Source of the DNA: a virus | Taxonomy: Duplodnaviria; Heunggongvirae; Uroviricota; Caudoviricetes | Strand: one strand, 5' to 3' | Virus record (IMG/VR): IMGVR_UViG_3300028886_000034 | Coordinates: 182,081-246,080 of that record | DNA length: 64,000 nucleotides | Part shown: piece after piece, positions 38,612-49,400 of the stretch | Position numbering within the stretch: position 1 is the first letter of the stretch | How the letters are laid out: every line of letters begins with the position of its first letter | Notes under the pieces: generated by a model | The model's input: only the letters and a program-made list of their open reading frames with translations | Told to the model about the DNA's origin: nothing | Database searches by the model: none | Program-made: the position numbers and the translations under genes

Positions 38612-39589
38612 TTATATAGAATGTTCACTCTCAAGCATGAAGCGTTTGACCTTATCGATTACTTCATACTTACTTGAAGCCGGTACAGAACTTATAGCTG
38701 ATGCTTTCTGATGTCCGCCTCCGCCTAATTGCTCCGCGATTTTACTTACATCCAAATCATCGTACTTAGTCCTCAACGAAACATTTGCATCACCCGTTTT
38801 CTGCGTTAAGACATATATGACATTCTTGATATCAGGTCTAACCTCATCGAAATACCAAGAGATCTCAAACATAGGAACATTATCTTCTGCATTCAACATA
38901 ACAGTCGCTGTATCTTTAATGTAAGAAATTGAATGATTAATGGTATAATCAACTTTAGGTGTAGTTAACTTATAAAATGAATCTAAACATGATTGACACC
39001 ATACAGGCATTCTATCATTTGTAATAGGGTCATTAATACAATAATTTGTAAACCGTGATAATCTGTCAGCAAATTTTACATACTTTAAAGTAGGATCCTG
39101 AAATGCAATGTAATCATATATCCTCTGTAGGTCCTTGGCTATAGGGGATTGTTCAAAATGCCATGTATCATATGCTGATACTGCAGTAATGAAATCTTCA
39201 TACTGTTTTAATTCAGGATAATCATCTTTAAATAATCTGTAAAATAACTTTGCTGCCGAAACATCTAAATCTATATCTACTTTAATTTTATCCTTAAATG
39301 AAGTAGCATTATTAGATGTTTCATGATGGTCAATAAGTCTTAAATTCATCCCTTTAACATCAGGTTCAATTTCATTCCAAATCAAATCTGATAAGGATAT
39401 GTCTGCTAAGTAAATCCACTCAATATTAGGAATACTTCTAACTGCATTATGTACAACTTGAGATATATAATATTTACCTCTATTGTATGATGCATAGAAT
39501 ACCCACTGAAAATTAAGCAATTTACCTACTACCGCACAACCTATCCCATCCAAATCATTATGTGTAACTAATACATTATTATAAAACAA
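38612..39589 (-). CDS. DHH/DHHA1 phosphoesterase (nanoRNase-like)
   Basis: THNDLDG, ADIS, IDHH, SLR and GGGGHQKAS motifs. Confidence 0.9.
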   Translation of the reverse strand: MFYNNVLVTHNDLDGIGCAVVGKLLNFQWVFYASYNRGKYYISQVVHNAVRSIPNIEWIYLADISLSDLIWNEIEPDVKGMNLRLIDHHETSNNATSFKDKIKVDIDLDVSAAKLFYRLFKDDYPELKQYEDFITAVSAYDTWHFEQSPIAKDLQRIYDYIAFQDPTLKYVKFADRLSRFTNYCINDPITNDRMPVWCQSCLDSFYKLTTPKVDYTINHSISYIKDTATVMLNAEDNVPMFEISWYFDEVRPDIKNVIYVLTQKTGDANVSLRTKYDDLDVSKIAEQLGGGGHQKASAISSVPASSKYEVIDKVKRFMLESEHSI

Positions 39590-39610
39590 TATTGATAACC
39601 TACTTTCTAA

Positions 39611-39673
39611 TAAGGAATCCTATCAACATATAACTATAGCATAGTAACTAAGATATGTCAATAGGATTCCTTA
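39611..39673 (-). terminator. inverted repeat / probable terminator
   Basis: TAAGGAATCCTAT/ATAGGATTCCTTA. Confidence 0.55.
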
Positions 39674-39685
39674 CTTTATTTTAGA

Positions 39686-40834
39686 TTACCAACCAGCCAA
39701 GAGATTATTACTATTATCCTCTTCTACAACTACTGGAGTTTCCTGCTTGGGTTCCTGTTTGGGTTCTTCTTTTGGCGCTTCAGGTTTAATAATTGTAGGA
39801 GTTTCTACAACCTTAGTTTCTGGTTGGCTCTCTGCTACAATTTGTTCAGGAAGTTTTACATGATAGTTAGTATCAACCTCATTTCTTTCCAGAGCCAAAT
39901 AAGTTTTGGACTTTCTGGTGTACTTAAGGTTGATTTCACCAGCATCATTATAATCAAACTTTGCAATCTTTGTGATAGACTTAATGGCAAACTCCGGATT
40001 TTCATTGTAGAAGTCATCAAAGATAAAAAGCTGATTCATAGGACCAATACTAAGTTTCTGAGTCTTATAGAATTTGCCGATAGTTCCAAGATTCAAGTTG
40101 TATTTGCAGAAATGTTTATAGAACTCAAATCTGGAACACCCAGTATCAAAGATTCCTTTCTCTTCAAGATACTTGGCAAATCCAGCACTAATACCTCTAC
40201 ACAGCAGTTTAATTCTTTTTCCAGATACCTGCTGCTTATCCCAATCATTCCACAGTTCAACTGTGTTCTTGATAGTATTGGGAATATACTCTACAAGACC
40301 ACCAAACTCTGAATGAATCTTATCTTTAACCTTATTTCCTTTGTGTGCTACAAACACTGAATTAGCTACTTTGGATTCTTTCTTAAATCCAAATCCAAAG
40401 ATAGTGTTCTCTTCATTAATGAAGACCACATTGATTGATGCGTTTTCTTTACCATTGTAACTATTCTTGCACTCAATCACGGCTTTAATTTTAGTATTGT
40501 TACCAATGTTGTACTCTTGATTATCCAAAATGCTATAATACAGCATGGTAGAACCTTCAGACGGAAGGTCAAGTCTTGCAGAACTTACATCATAATCAAG
40601 TTCTTTAATGAGCCTATCTGCATATTCTTTAACTACTTTATGCTCGATAATCTTATATCTTTCTGAGCATACACCAAGGAGTACATTAGTATCATTTCTA
40701 ACTACGCCTTTTACTTTGTTTTTACCTTCAGCAAGTGCCTCAGAATAAGATACATTACCGTACTTATCCTGAACAGGGAAATACAGCATTCGAGTTTCTA
40801 CAGGAAACTCATGGGCGTTACCAACATCAATCAT
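39686..40834 (-). CDS. DUF932/DUF945-like phage protein
   Basis: VVRNDTNVLLGVCSERYKIIEH and NSYNG motifs. Confidence 0.6.
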   Translation of the reverse strand: MIDVGNAHEFPVETRMLYFPVQDKYGNVSYSEALAEGKNKVKGVVRNDTNVLLGVCSERYKIIEHKVVKEYADRLIKELDYDVSSARLDLPSEGSTMLYYSILDNQEYNIGNNTKIKAVIECKNSYNGKENASINVVFINEENTIFGFGFKKESKVANSVFVAHKGNKVKDKIHSEFGGLVEYIPNTIKNTVELWNDWDKQQVSGKRIKLLCRGISAGFAKYLEEKGIFDTGCSRFEFYKHFCKYNLNLGTIGKFYKTQKLSIGPMNQLFIFDDFYNENPEFAIKSITKIAKFDYNDAGEINLKYTRKSKTYLALERNEVDTNYHVKLPEQIVAESQPETKVVETPTIIKPEAPKEEPKQEPKQETPVVVEEDNSNNLLAGW

Positions 40835-40927
40835 AGTATACCTTTCCTTTCTTATCTTACTTACTCACGTAAACTTACTGACAGACTATATAAAAAGTTA
40901 AATAAATACAATCAATTGAACCACCCC

Positions 40928-41443
40928 CTAAAAGTGATAATCATAAATCTTATAGATAGTTACTGTTAAGCTATCTAATTTTTCATAAATCATCTTATTG
41001 ACTAATGACCTAAAGAATTCACTTTCCCCTTCAAGGTAAAAACTCCAAGTTGAAAGATATTTAGGATGGTCATCATCAATAAGACATTTAAGATTATAAA
41101 AATTTCTTACAAAAGTATCAATAGAATTATTCTCTTCTAGATACTTATACACATCATCTATCTTTCTGTTCCAGTAATTCTTTAGATTATCTAATGTAAA
41201 TGTTATTGAATTATTCACATTATCTACATTTAACTTATCACAAAATTCATTTGATAACCTAGTATGCAAATATTCAAATTGTTTTTCAGATTGATCATCA
41301 TCAAGTTCATCAATATAATCTAATCCATTTCTTTGACGAGTTTCATCTGTATCTACATCTGCTATAAGAAGGTCTAAATCCTCAATGGTATCTTTATCGA
41401 ATTTTACAACATACAACTTACTATGCATCGCTATCTTCTCCAA
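40928..41443 (-). CDS. hypothetical protein
   Basis: 171 aa ending IYDYHF. Confidence 0.7.
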   Translation of the reverse strand: MEKIAMHSKLYVVKFDKDTIEDLDLLIADVDTDETRQRNGLDYIDELDDDQSEKQFEYLHTRLSNEFCDKLNVDNVNNSITFTLDNLKNYWNRKIDDVYKYLEENNSIDTFVRNFYNLKCLIDDDHPKYLSTWSFYLEGESEFFRSLVNKMIYEKLDSLTVTIYKIYDYHF

Positions 41444-41892
41444 TCTTTAATAAGCTCAAGATAATCATCCAGGTCCCACTCTTTCATAATTTCAAGAACT
41501 TCTTTTTTAGCTTTTTCTAATTCAAGAACTTCGTTATATGCTGTAAAATACTTACGTCTAATTTCGTTAAAAGAATTTTTATCCTTAACAATACTATCCC
41601 ACAAATAATATTTACAATTCAATTCATCATTCAAAATTTTAACTTGATAAACCAACTCTGTATCATTAACACAATATTCAATTGCATATACTTTACCCTG
41701 GTTCAAAAATTCATTTGCATATATACATCCAAGGAGTACGGCAGTACCGTTTTTATAAGTATTAAATAGCATATCTAATGATGTATAAGTTTTAACTTTA
41801 ACATCGTTTGGAAGATACTTTTCAATACATTCTAATGACAAAGTATCAAATTGTTTTTTATAGTGATCTAACTCTCTAGTTTCATAACTCAT
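41431..41892 (-). CDS. hypothetical protein
   Basis: 153 aa, GAGGA RBS. Confidence 0.7.
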   Translation of the reverse strand: MSYETRELDHYKKQFDTLSLECIEKYLPNDVKVKTYTSLDMLFNTYKNGTAVLLGCIYANEFLNQGKVYAIEYCVNDTELVYQVKILNDELNCKYYLWDSIVKDKNSFNEIRRKYFTAYNEVLELEKAKKEVLEIMKEWDLDDYLELIKDWRR

Positions 41893-41897
41893 AGTTC

Positions 41898-42113
41898 TTA
41901 TTCCTCCTCTCCAAGATTACAAATATTTTCATCCAGAATCTCAATACCTTCATTCCTAATCATAGCTTCAGTAACACAATTATCGATTAGAAACATCTTC
42001 GCTGAAAGTACTGTTTCGAATTTCATAACTTTATCGTTATCATCCAAAACATACTCCCTACCATTAATACTAATTCCTTCAATAGGCCTTCCAATTACAT
42101 ACATGATATACAC
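41898..42113 (-). CDS. hypothetical protein
   Basis: GRPIEGISINGREYVLDD; similar to 43389 gene N-terminus (EGRDFVLCD). Confidence 0.7.
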   Translation of the reverse strand: MYIMYVIGRPIEGISINGREYVLDDNDKVMKFETVLSAKMFLIDNCVTEAMIRNEGIEILDENICNLGEEE

Positions 42114-42124
42114 CCTCCCTTAAA

Positions 42125-42568
42125 TTAATGAATCCAATAAACCACTTTACCGGTAGTATCATAAACGGGATACTTCTTCCATTCATAATACGGAACGGTC
42201 TTACAAAATCTAACTTCAACAAGTACCACAGGCTTTCCTCTAACTACAATGTTCTCCTCATAAATATAATGAAGAGGCTGTTCTTTAAAAGGAAGCCACA
42301 CACTACGTTTTTGCACCTTATTTTTGGTAGCACTTTCATTAAGTTTGGGAACCTCAGTTTCATTGTAATTGATTGAATCTAGGATTTCCTTAGGGCTCTT
42401 AGTATACACGACATTCTCATTATCCAAATCCAATTCTTCGCAAGTTTTAGTAAATTTTTTTCCATTCTTTCCAATCAGGTTTGTAGTAATAGTACGAACT
42501 TTTTTCTTAGCCCACACACCATAGGGAAGATGGTAATAACGCATCACGCCAATAAGTTTTTTAGTCAT
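42125..42568 (-). CDS. hypothetical protein
   Basis: 147 aa, AAGGAG RBS. Confidence 0.7.
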   Translation of the reverse strand: MTKKLIGVMRYYHLPYGVWAKKKVRTITTNLIGKNGKKFTKTCEELDLDNENVVYTKSPKEILDSINYNETEVPKLNESATKNKVQKRSVWLPFKEQPLHYIYEENIVVRGKPVVLVEVRFCKTVPYYEWKKYPVYDTTGKVVYWIH

Positions 42569-42584
42569 ATGTTTTATCTCCTTT

Positions 42585-43361
42585 TTATTTTATTTCACTA
42601 AGTTGTTTTGGATTAAAATATGGATATGATTCCCATATATCAGCATCCACATTTCGATAAAATTTTGCTTCATATACTACTCGTTTACAATCATATTTAA
42701 AATCAATTAAATCTACTTTTGTAACGAAATATAACGCTTGTCTTGGAAGTACAGTTATATCCAGATAACCGCATCTTTCTATTTCAAACCTAAAATTTTT
42801 AAGTCTGTACAATCTACCTCGGCTATATTTTATACTTAATTCACACACTCTATGGCGAGCGTCAATCTCTGTGTTAAAATACTCGATTAATTCTAGTTTT
42901 TTAAGCTCCTTATCTTTACGTTTAAATACGTGAAAAAACGTTAATTTATACCAATGTGCATAATGTTCAGAACTTCTTATATATGGCTTACGACTAATTC
43001 TAAATATACCCATATCAGTTTTATATTCATTAAACTGATACTGTGGTGGGTCTTCATAATATAAGGGCATTGTCACCAAATGTTCTGTTGATTTACTTAG
43101 ATTATTTGCATTTCTGCACAGTTCATCAACCTCCTCTCTAGTAAAAATTTCTTCTGAGCCTATTTCAACAAAATTATAATCAAACTCATTCATTCCCATT
43201 TTCTTTAAAAAATATTTAGCATCATGTACACTTCTAAATCTATATATCTTTCCATAGCTATTTCTCAAAACTTTTAAATGAAATGCTCTACTAATTGCAA
43301 TCATGTTTCTAACCTCCACAAACATATCCTTTAGATAATAAAAATTGAGGATAATCCACAT
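42585..43361 (-). CDS. hypothetical protein
   Basis: Up to 258 aa; likely start at internal Met after GGAGG. Confidence 0.65.
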   Translation of the reverse strand: MWIILNFYYLKDMFVEVRNMIAISRAFHLKVLRNSYGKIYRFRSVHDAKYFLKKMGMNEFDYNFVEIGSEEIFTREEVDELCRNANNLSKSTEHLVTMPLYYEDPPQYQFNEYKTDMGIFRISRKPYIRSSEHYAHWYKLTFFHVFKRKDKELKKLELIEYFNTEIDARHRVCELSIKYSRGRLYRLKNFRFEIERCGYLDITVLPRQALYFVTKVDLIDFKYDCKRVVYEAKFYRNVDADIWESYPYFNPKQLSEIK

Positions 43362-43388
43362 TGGACTATCCTCATTAACATCTAAAAC

Positions 43389-43784
43389 TTAGTTCTTCAA
43401 AAATACCGCAAACTTCACCTTTGCTTCTTCTTTCGTTTTACAATCGTCTGGTGCTGGAAGACCAAAATCATTCCAGAAGTCTACTGTCTCCCAATCGATA
43501 AGGTTTGTGTAAACAATTTTTCCAGATTTCTGCTTCTTATCTTTATCCGGCTCATCCAAGTCGTAGCACACTGGATAGAGCTCTTCGCTACTTCCAACCA
43601 ATACCTCCCAATCCATATACTGCCACCCATGAGCGGAAGGTACTACACCAAATTCTTTATGATACCACATTACCGCATCGTCAGTATCTCCTTCTACCTT
43701 AACCACTCGTCCATTCTTGTCGCACAGTACAAAATCTCGACCCTCAACATTTTTGGTAAATACATTTGCTTTCATTATGTACAT
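43389..43784 (-). CDS. hypothetical early protein
   Basis: AGGAGG RBS; follows motif at 43852 and a leader hairpin. Confidence 0.75.
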   Translation of the reverse strand: MYIMKANVFTKNVEGRDFVLCDKNGRVVKVEGDTDDAVMWYHKEFGVVPSAHGWQYMDWEVLVGSSEELYPVCYDLDEPDKDKKQKSGKIVYTNLIDWETVDFWNDFGLPAPDDCKTKEEAKVKFAVFLKN

Positions 43785-43851
43785 TTACCTCCTAACAAAA
43801 ATTGTACTTCAGAAACCTTCTTAAAATGACTGAAGATCTGAGGTACAATAA

Positions 43852-43867
43852 TATAATATATATACAA
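43852..43867 (-). promoter_or_regulatory. putative early promoter motif TTGTATATATATTATA
   Basis: 16/16 identical to 961-976. Confidence 0.65.
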
Positions 43868-43875
43868 ATTTTGAC

Positions 43876-44463
43876 TTAGAATCTAGTTAATTCATTATAT
43901 TCCCTCCAGAACTGACTATCTTCTACTTTAATTCTATGACTCCGATTTAAACCTTGAGTAATCTTAAGAAGTTTATCTCTTCTTACTTCTCTATACTTAT
44001 CCTGTATCTGTCTTTTAAATACTTCCCATTTAGGTACTACATCAAACTCCATATAGAAATCTGGAAATGCTTGTGTACCTCTATTACAATCATTATCTAA
44101 TGTAAAAGTAATCTTTTCATTAATAACTCCATCAATAACTTTATCATAGTGTGCTTCCAATACCCAATCCTGAAGATAAATATACTTCAGCATTGTAATA
44201 GTTCCTAAAATGATATACCTCAATACATCATTATCTTTATACTTACCTTCAAAGTAAAGTGTATTATCTTCACACTTATTATTGATGTCATATACCCCAA
44301 AACCTTTTTGCATAGACCAGTATAATTGGAAATCTACTTTAAGTTTAGGCAAACACTTTTGACCTGGCTTAAGTTGGTCAATCCATTTCTCATCATAGTT
44401 CCATTTATTATACTTGTTCTTATCAACTGTTCTAAACTTTTGATATAAAGATACATTAGGCAT
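43876..44463 (-). CDS. hypothetical protein
   Basis: ORF after GAGGTGA, overlapping upstream gene end. Confidence 0.7.
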   Translation of the reverse strand: MPNVSLYQKFRTVDKNKYNKWNYDEKWIDQLKPGQKCLPKLKVDFQLYWSMQKGFGVYDINNKCEDNTLYFEGKYKDNDVLRYIILGTITMLKYIYLQDWVLEAHYDKVIDGVINEKITFTLDNDCNRGTQAFPDFYMEFDVVPKWEVFKRQIQDKYREVRRDKLLKITQGLNRSHRIKVEDSQFWREYNELTRF

Positions 44464-45040
44464 TATTACCAATCACCTCATCAATCAACTTACTAACATC
44501 TGATCTTTTCATCATTGGTGTAAAAAATTTATTGATCTTATGAACTAAATCAAAAGTATAGTCTTTCTTACCAGTTTTAAGAATATCATTTGAAATACTC
44601 TTAAATGCTAATCTAGTTTGAATAATAACATCTTGCTCTCTACTATATCCTGACTCAATACATACCATAATTCTATGATAATAATCGTTAGGAAACTTTT
44701 GTTGCATCCTTACAATATTTCTTCCAAGTTCATACATGCAAATTGGTTGAACTGATTCTGAATTACAAAAATGCATCAAAAAGAAATCACATTTTTCAAT
44801 CCAGTTAAATTCCCATTTAATTTGATCGAAAGAAGCATTAGGATCATGAATAGGAAAATTTTCTCTCCTAGGGTTAAACAATACTACATTATCAAACACT
44901 TCAGGAAGACTATACTGATTCAAAATATCAATCATCTCTTTTTGCCAATCTCTACACTTTGTAATTCCACCAGCCATAAATACCTTAATATCATCAGGCT
45001 TAACTACATAATCTTCAATTGCAGTGATAACTTTCATCAA
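44456..45040 (-). CDS. nucleoside 2-deoxyribosyltransferase-like protein
   Basis: VFMAGGI..DWQ, NPRR, QIKWE, ELG motifs. Confidence 0.8.
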   Translation of the reverse strand: MMKVITAIEDYVVKPDDIKVFMAGGITKCRDWQKEMIDILNQYSLPEVFDNVVLFNPRRENFPIHDPNASFDQIKWEFNWIEKCDFFLMHFCNSESVQPICMYELGRNIVRMQQKFPNDYYHRIMVCIESGYSREQDVIIQTRLAFKSISNDILKTGKKDYTFDLVHKINKFFTPMMKRSDVSKLIDEVIGNNA

Positions 45041-45055
45041 AAAATCCTCCTTGTA

Positions 45056-45211
45056 TTATAAAATTACAGTTTTACAATCTTTATCAATATCTAAATAAAG
45101 TTCTTCATCTTTACCATAATATTCTCCACCAGCATCTCGATACTTTACTTCTACTTTATAGTCCAATACCTTATGCTCTTTAGCCCAATCATACAATTCT
45201 TGAATAGTCAT
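45056..45211 (-). CDS. 51-aa hypothetical protein, paralog of 45227-45409
   Basis: MTIQELYDWAKEHKVLDY...; absent from ORF track. Confidence 0.75.
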   Translation of the reverse strand: MTIQELYDWAKEHKVLDYKVEVKYRDAGGEYYGKDEELYLDIDKDCKTVIL

Positions 45212-45226
45212 TTATAACACCTTCAT

Positions 45227-45409
45227 TTAAATAGTTACAACATGCTCAGTTAGCATATAAATATGTTCAGATGGTCTTGAAGTAATTACAGGGTTATAGG
45301 CAGGTCTAATTATATTATCATATTTATAGTTTAGTTCCCTAATAGCAATGTCATAGTCTAAAACCCCATGCTCTTTTCCAAATTTATATAATTCTTGTAT
45401 AGTCATCAT
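45227..45409 (-). CDS. 60-aa hypothetical protein
   Basis: MTIQELYKFGKEHGVLDY; GGAGG RBS. Confidence 0.75.
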   Translation of the reverse strand: MMTIQELYKFGKEHGVLDYDIAIRELNYKYDNIIRPAYNPVITSRPSEHIYMLTEHVVTI

Positions 45410-45439
45410 TTTACCTCCATAAAAATTTTATTCAATAGA

Positions 45440-45468
45440 AGTATAGCAAAACCAAAAAGAAAAGTCAA
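45440..45468 (-). promoter_or_regulatory. sigma70-type promoter
   Basis: TTGACT-17-TATACT with TGn. Confidence 0.7.
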
Positions 45469-45479
45469 GACCGAACTAA

Positions 45480-45510
45480 AAGAAAACCTTGCACTTTTTA
45501 GTGTAGGTTA
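45480..45510 (-). terminator. intrinsic terminator
   Basis: AACCTACAC/GTGCAAGGTT stem followed by T-rich tail on minus strand. Confidence 0.55.
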
Positions 45511-45549
45511 TTGACACATCACTGCGCCAATTTTACTTCTTTCTTCTTA

Positions 45550-45717
45550 TTATTTTGTTTCAATGACTCTAAGAAGATAGGCAATCGCTTTCCACTGCTG
45601 GCATACCATCGCGATTTTTTCTTTGGCCACCTGATATGTGGCCCCCATAACGACTACGTTCAGGAGCTTTCGCTCCTGATAATCGCGGAGCTCCCATTCC
45701 CATTTTACCTTTGTCAT
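45550..45717 (-). CDS. 55-aa early protein embedded in structured RNA
   Basis: AAGGAGG RBS; MTKVKWEWELRDYQERKLLNVVVMGATYQVAKEKIAMVCQQWKAIAYLLRVIETK; absent from ORF track. Confidence 0.65.
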   Translation of the reverse strand: MTKVKWEWELRDYQERKLLNVVVMGATYQVAKEKIAMVCQQWKAIAYLLRVIETK

Positions 45718-45836
45718 CCTAATCCCTCCTTGGGAAAGCCTCGGAACTGCTATTAAGTATACCGAGGTGATGACACTTTGCTGAGGCGGTTTAAGATATG
45801 AACCTATACTTAGTTCAATATCTCCTCAGTCACTGC

Positions 45837-45852
45837 CTATATATACATACAA
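45837..45852 (-). promoter_or_regulatory. putative early promoter motif variant TTGTATGTATATATAG
   Basis: Variant of the recurrent motif. Confidence 0.5.
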
Positions 45853-45892
45853 ATGAAAAATGATTCTAGAAGTCATAGTTCTTTATAATAAA

Positions 45893-45910
45893 TTTGAACA
45901 AATAAGGAAC
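45893..45910 (+). promoter_or_regulatory. putative late promoter motif TTTGAACAAATAAGGAAC
   Basis: Matches 995/1035; heads second structural block. Confidence 0.5.
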
Positions 45911-45932
45911 ATAAACACTTAGCCAAAAGGAG

Positions 45933-46397
45933 ATGAGATTCTATTCAATGGCTACTTATAAAAAAACAGAAGAATCATTAGCTAAGGCTATTAAGGACTA
46001 TATTATACCTAGTACTACAGGTAATGATGGAAAGGTATTAACTACTGTAGATGGTAAAACTATATCTTGGGAAAATGTAGATTCTTTTCCAGCACAATCA
46101 GAAGCAACTAAAAATAAAGTTTTAGTTAGTACAGGATCCAATGGAGTTGCTTGGAAATCTATTAAGATGGAAAGTTTTCTTTTTTATGGTTCTGAAGATA
46201 TAGATGGAACTACAATAGATACTACTGACCATAATATAGAAGATTTTATTGAGATGACAATATTTAAGGATGGTTTAAGATTGAATGAAGGTATTGATAA
46301 TGATTATACTTATGATAGTCTTACTAAAGTAATTACCTTTACAACACCATTCTTAGAATCTGATATTTTTGTTATAAATTACTTAACCTTTAACTAA
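45933..46397 (+). CDS. modular fibre-like virion protein
   Basis: GKVLTT.DG..W repeats plus IFKDGLRL..DY module, same architecture as 4387 gene; start may be ATG 45948. Confidence 0.75.
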   Translation: MRFYSMATYKKTEESLAKAIKDYIIPSTTGNDGKVLTTVDGKTISWENVDSFPAQSEATKNKVLVSTGSNGVAWKSIKMESFLFYGSEDIDGTTIDTTDHNIEDFIEMTIFKDGLRLNEGIDNDYTYDSLTKVITFTTPFLESDIFVINYLTFN

Positions 46398-46415
46398 TAT
46401 AGGAGGTGGTGTATT

Positions 46416-49400
46416 TTGATTGAGAAGCATAACTTATTAGATACTGCAATTACTAAAGACTTCCATGAAAGAATTTTAACTATAGATGATACTAACGATA
46501 CTGCTGTATTAAACAAATTACCTGTAGCTAATGAATATGGTTACTTAGACAATTCTTGGTTACAGGATTATTCTAGTTATAAGATTATAGACTTAGGTAA
46601 AGTAAGTTCAGACTATATGACTTCTTTAAATGAAACTGAGTATATAATTGTTATGACATTAGATAGCCCTAGTTTAGATGTATTATTATTTGGAGCTTCA
46701 AAGAACACCCCCTATAATAGGGCATTAGTTTATAGGTTCTTAATATTTAATCCTAATGGCTATACACTAAATTGGATTTCAAATGTAGAAGATTCAACTA
46801 TTATTTGGAATACCTATTCTGAAACTGCGCCCACTTTAGATAAAAATGGAACTTATGTAGAATTTATTAGCACTGATGATGGTAAAACTTGGTATGGTAA
46901 TTCTTCTGCAAGAACTGCTTATGATATAGTCAATAACTATTATACTAAGACTGAATCTGATGATAGATTTGTTAATGTTACTGGAGATACTATGACTGGT
47001 ACATTAACTATCGAAGGATCTCACAATAGTGCTACTAGTAGAGGGCTTATTATTAAAGGTGATAATCAGAGTCATGCATTTATGGTTCAGGATACTAGCT
47101 TTAATAAAGGAACAGCTCCAGATAGTTATAAAACTGTTGAAGGTGTTGTTACTTTTGCAAATAATGGTCAATTAGGTTCTTTATATAGTTATGTTACACC
47201 ACAGAACAAAAATAGCACTGTATTGAGAGCACACTCTACATTAAATAATGATAGTAATGATAATAATTACATTGCAGTTAGTATTGAATCCGATGGGTCT
47301 AAATCTACCTATGCCTTTACCCCAGCTACCGATGATAGATCAAATAATATTGCCACTACCGAATTCGTAGGAAATCATTTTGATACCTATGTTGAGCATT
47401 GGTTAGTTCCAGATATGACTAGTACTACTAATGCTAAAATATTATCAAATGATGGATATGATTCAGTATGGGTTGACTATAAAAAATTAAGATATGTTTA
47501 TTATCCAAGTACTTCTACTACTGCAATTACAGTTCCAGCATCTTATAGAACTGATGCAGTTATAACTGAAGTTTATAGAGATGGTGTTTTATTAACTGAA
47601 TCTGATGACTATGTATTAGATCAAAGTACTGGTAGAATTACTTTTAAAGATATTATTTTCAGTAATGAAAAGATTATAGTTACTACTGAAACGGCTGTTA
47701 AGGCACATAGTAATTCTGTTTATGATAATGTTACTATTACTAATTCTTCAGCATCTACTCCAGATGTATCTGATAATAGTAGTAAAATTGCTACTACAGC
47801 TTATGTTAATAATTTAATTTCAGCTTTAAATATTGAATCTGGCTCTGGATCAGGGTCAAGTTCTGGTTCTATTTCGACAGTATCTCCTCATTTTACTGGA
47901 GTTCCTACTGCACCCACCGCAGCTGTTGGATCTAATACTAATCAGATTGCGACTACTGCGTTTGTTAATAAGGCTATTGAAGAATACGCTCTTAACGCAT
48001 TTGATTCGATTACTATTACTGGTGTATCAACTGCTCCTACAGCTAATGTTGGTACTAATACAGAGCAAATTGCTAATACTGCGTTTGTAACTAGAGCAAT
48101 TAATAATGTTATAGATAATGCTCCAAGCTCATTAAATACTTTAAATAAATTAGCAAATGCTATTGGTAATGATCCTTCATTTGCTAGTACAATAAATACC
48201 TCTTTAGCTGGTAAACTTAACACTGGAATTACTACAGAAGGCTCAGGCAATGCTATTACAAGTATTACTGAAGATTCTTCTGGTAATGTTACAGCACATA
48301 AAGGACTTACATTTAGTTTATCAAGTCATACACATGATAATGATTATATGCCAAAGTTAACTGATTCTATTGGATCAAGTAATACGCCAGTTTATGTTAA
48401 TAATAGTGGTTCTTTAGAAGCTTTTGATATTTCTTTAGGTAGCGATATTAAACATGTGTATTTCAATAATGGTAGTGTTACTGAATCTACTGCAATGGTA
48501 GGCAGTGATACTTCACCAATTTATATTAATAATGGAGAATTTACAGTTTCAAATGCTACAGTAGGTAGTAATGATACTCCAATTTATTTTGATAATGGAG
48601 TTATTACGAGTACCAACAAAAGCTTTAGTGATTATTTACCATTAGCCGGTGGAACTCTTAATGGTGAACTTACATTAAATGATGGATTAATTATTAATGA
48701 CAATGATACGGACACACAATTAATATTCAATAGTGATAGTATCCAAGCTGTATCTGGTGGAAATAATTCTGATTTATATCTTAATGAAGATGGTGGAGCG
48801 GTGCATATTGGAAGTCAAGATAATGCAGAAGTTACTATTGAAAATGGAGTTATAACCGCCTCTTCATTTGTAGGTAATATTGATGGCACTTCTGAAAAAG
48901 CTTCTATGGATTCAGAGGGTAATGTTATTTCAACTACTTATGCACCTTTAGTATCACCAGTATTAACTGGAACACCCACAGCACCTACTCCTGGAGCTGG
49001 AGATAACTCGTCTAAAATTGCTACCACTGCTTATGTTGATTCAGCTATAAATGCTTATTTGGATGATATAAATGAATTTAAAATTAGTTCAATTCATTAT
49101 CCTAATACTGGAGATACAACTATTACATTAACTGAATCACAATCTATTCCCAATAATGTTGCTAAATACGCTATAGCAGTTTATAGAGATGGCATCTATT
49201 TAAACTCTGATGTAGATTATGTATTTGACCACGAAACGAATACATTTACTTTTTTAAAAGAATTTGGCCTTGATGAAATAGTTAGTATACTCTTTACATA
49301 TATGAGTAACGATACTCAGCCTACTATAGATATTGATGTAGATGAATATGAAGCTGGCTCTAATATTACTTTTACTAAAAATCCAACTACTAATAAAATA

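Noticed and set aside
45511-45756. Plus-strand 81-aa ORF, or tRNA
   Set aside because: Minus-strand 55-aa ORF has RBS, promoter and terminator; no D/T-loop consensus for tRNA
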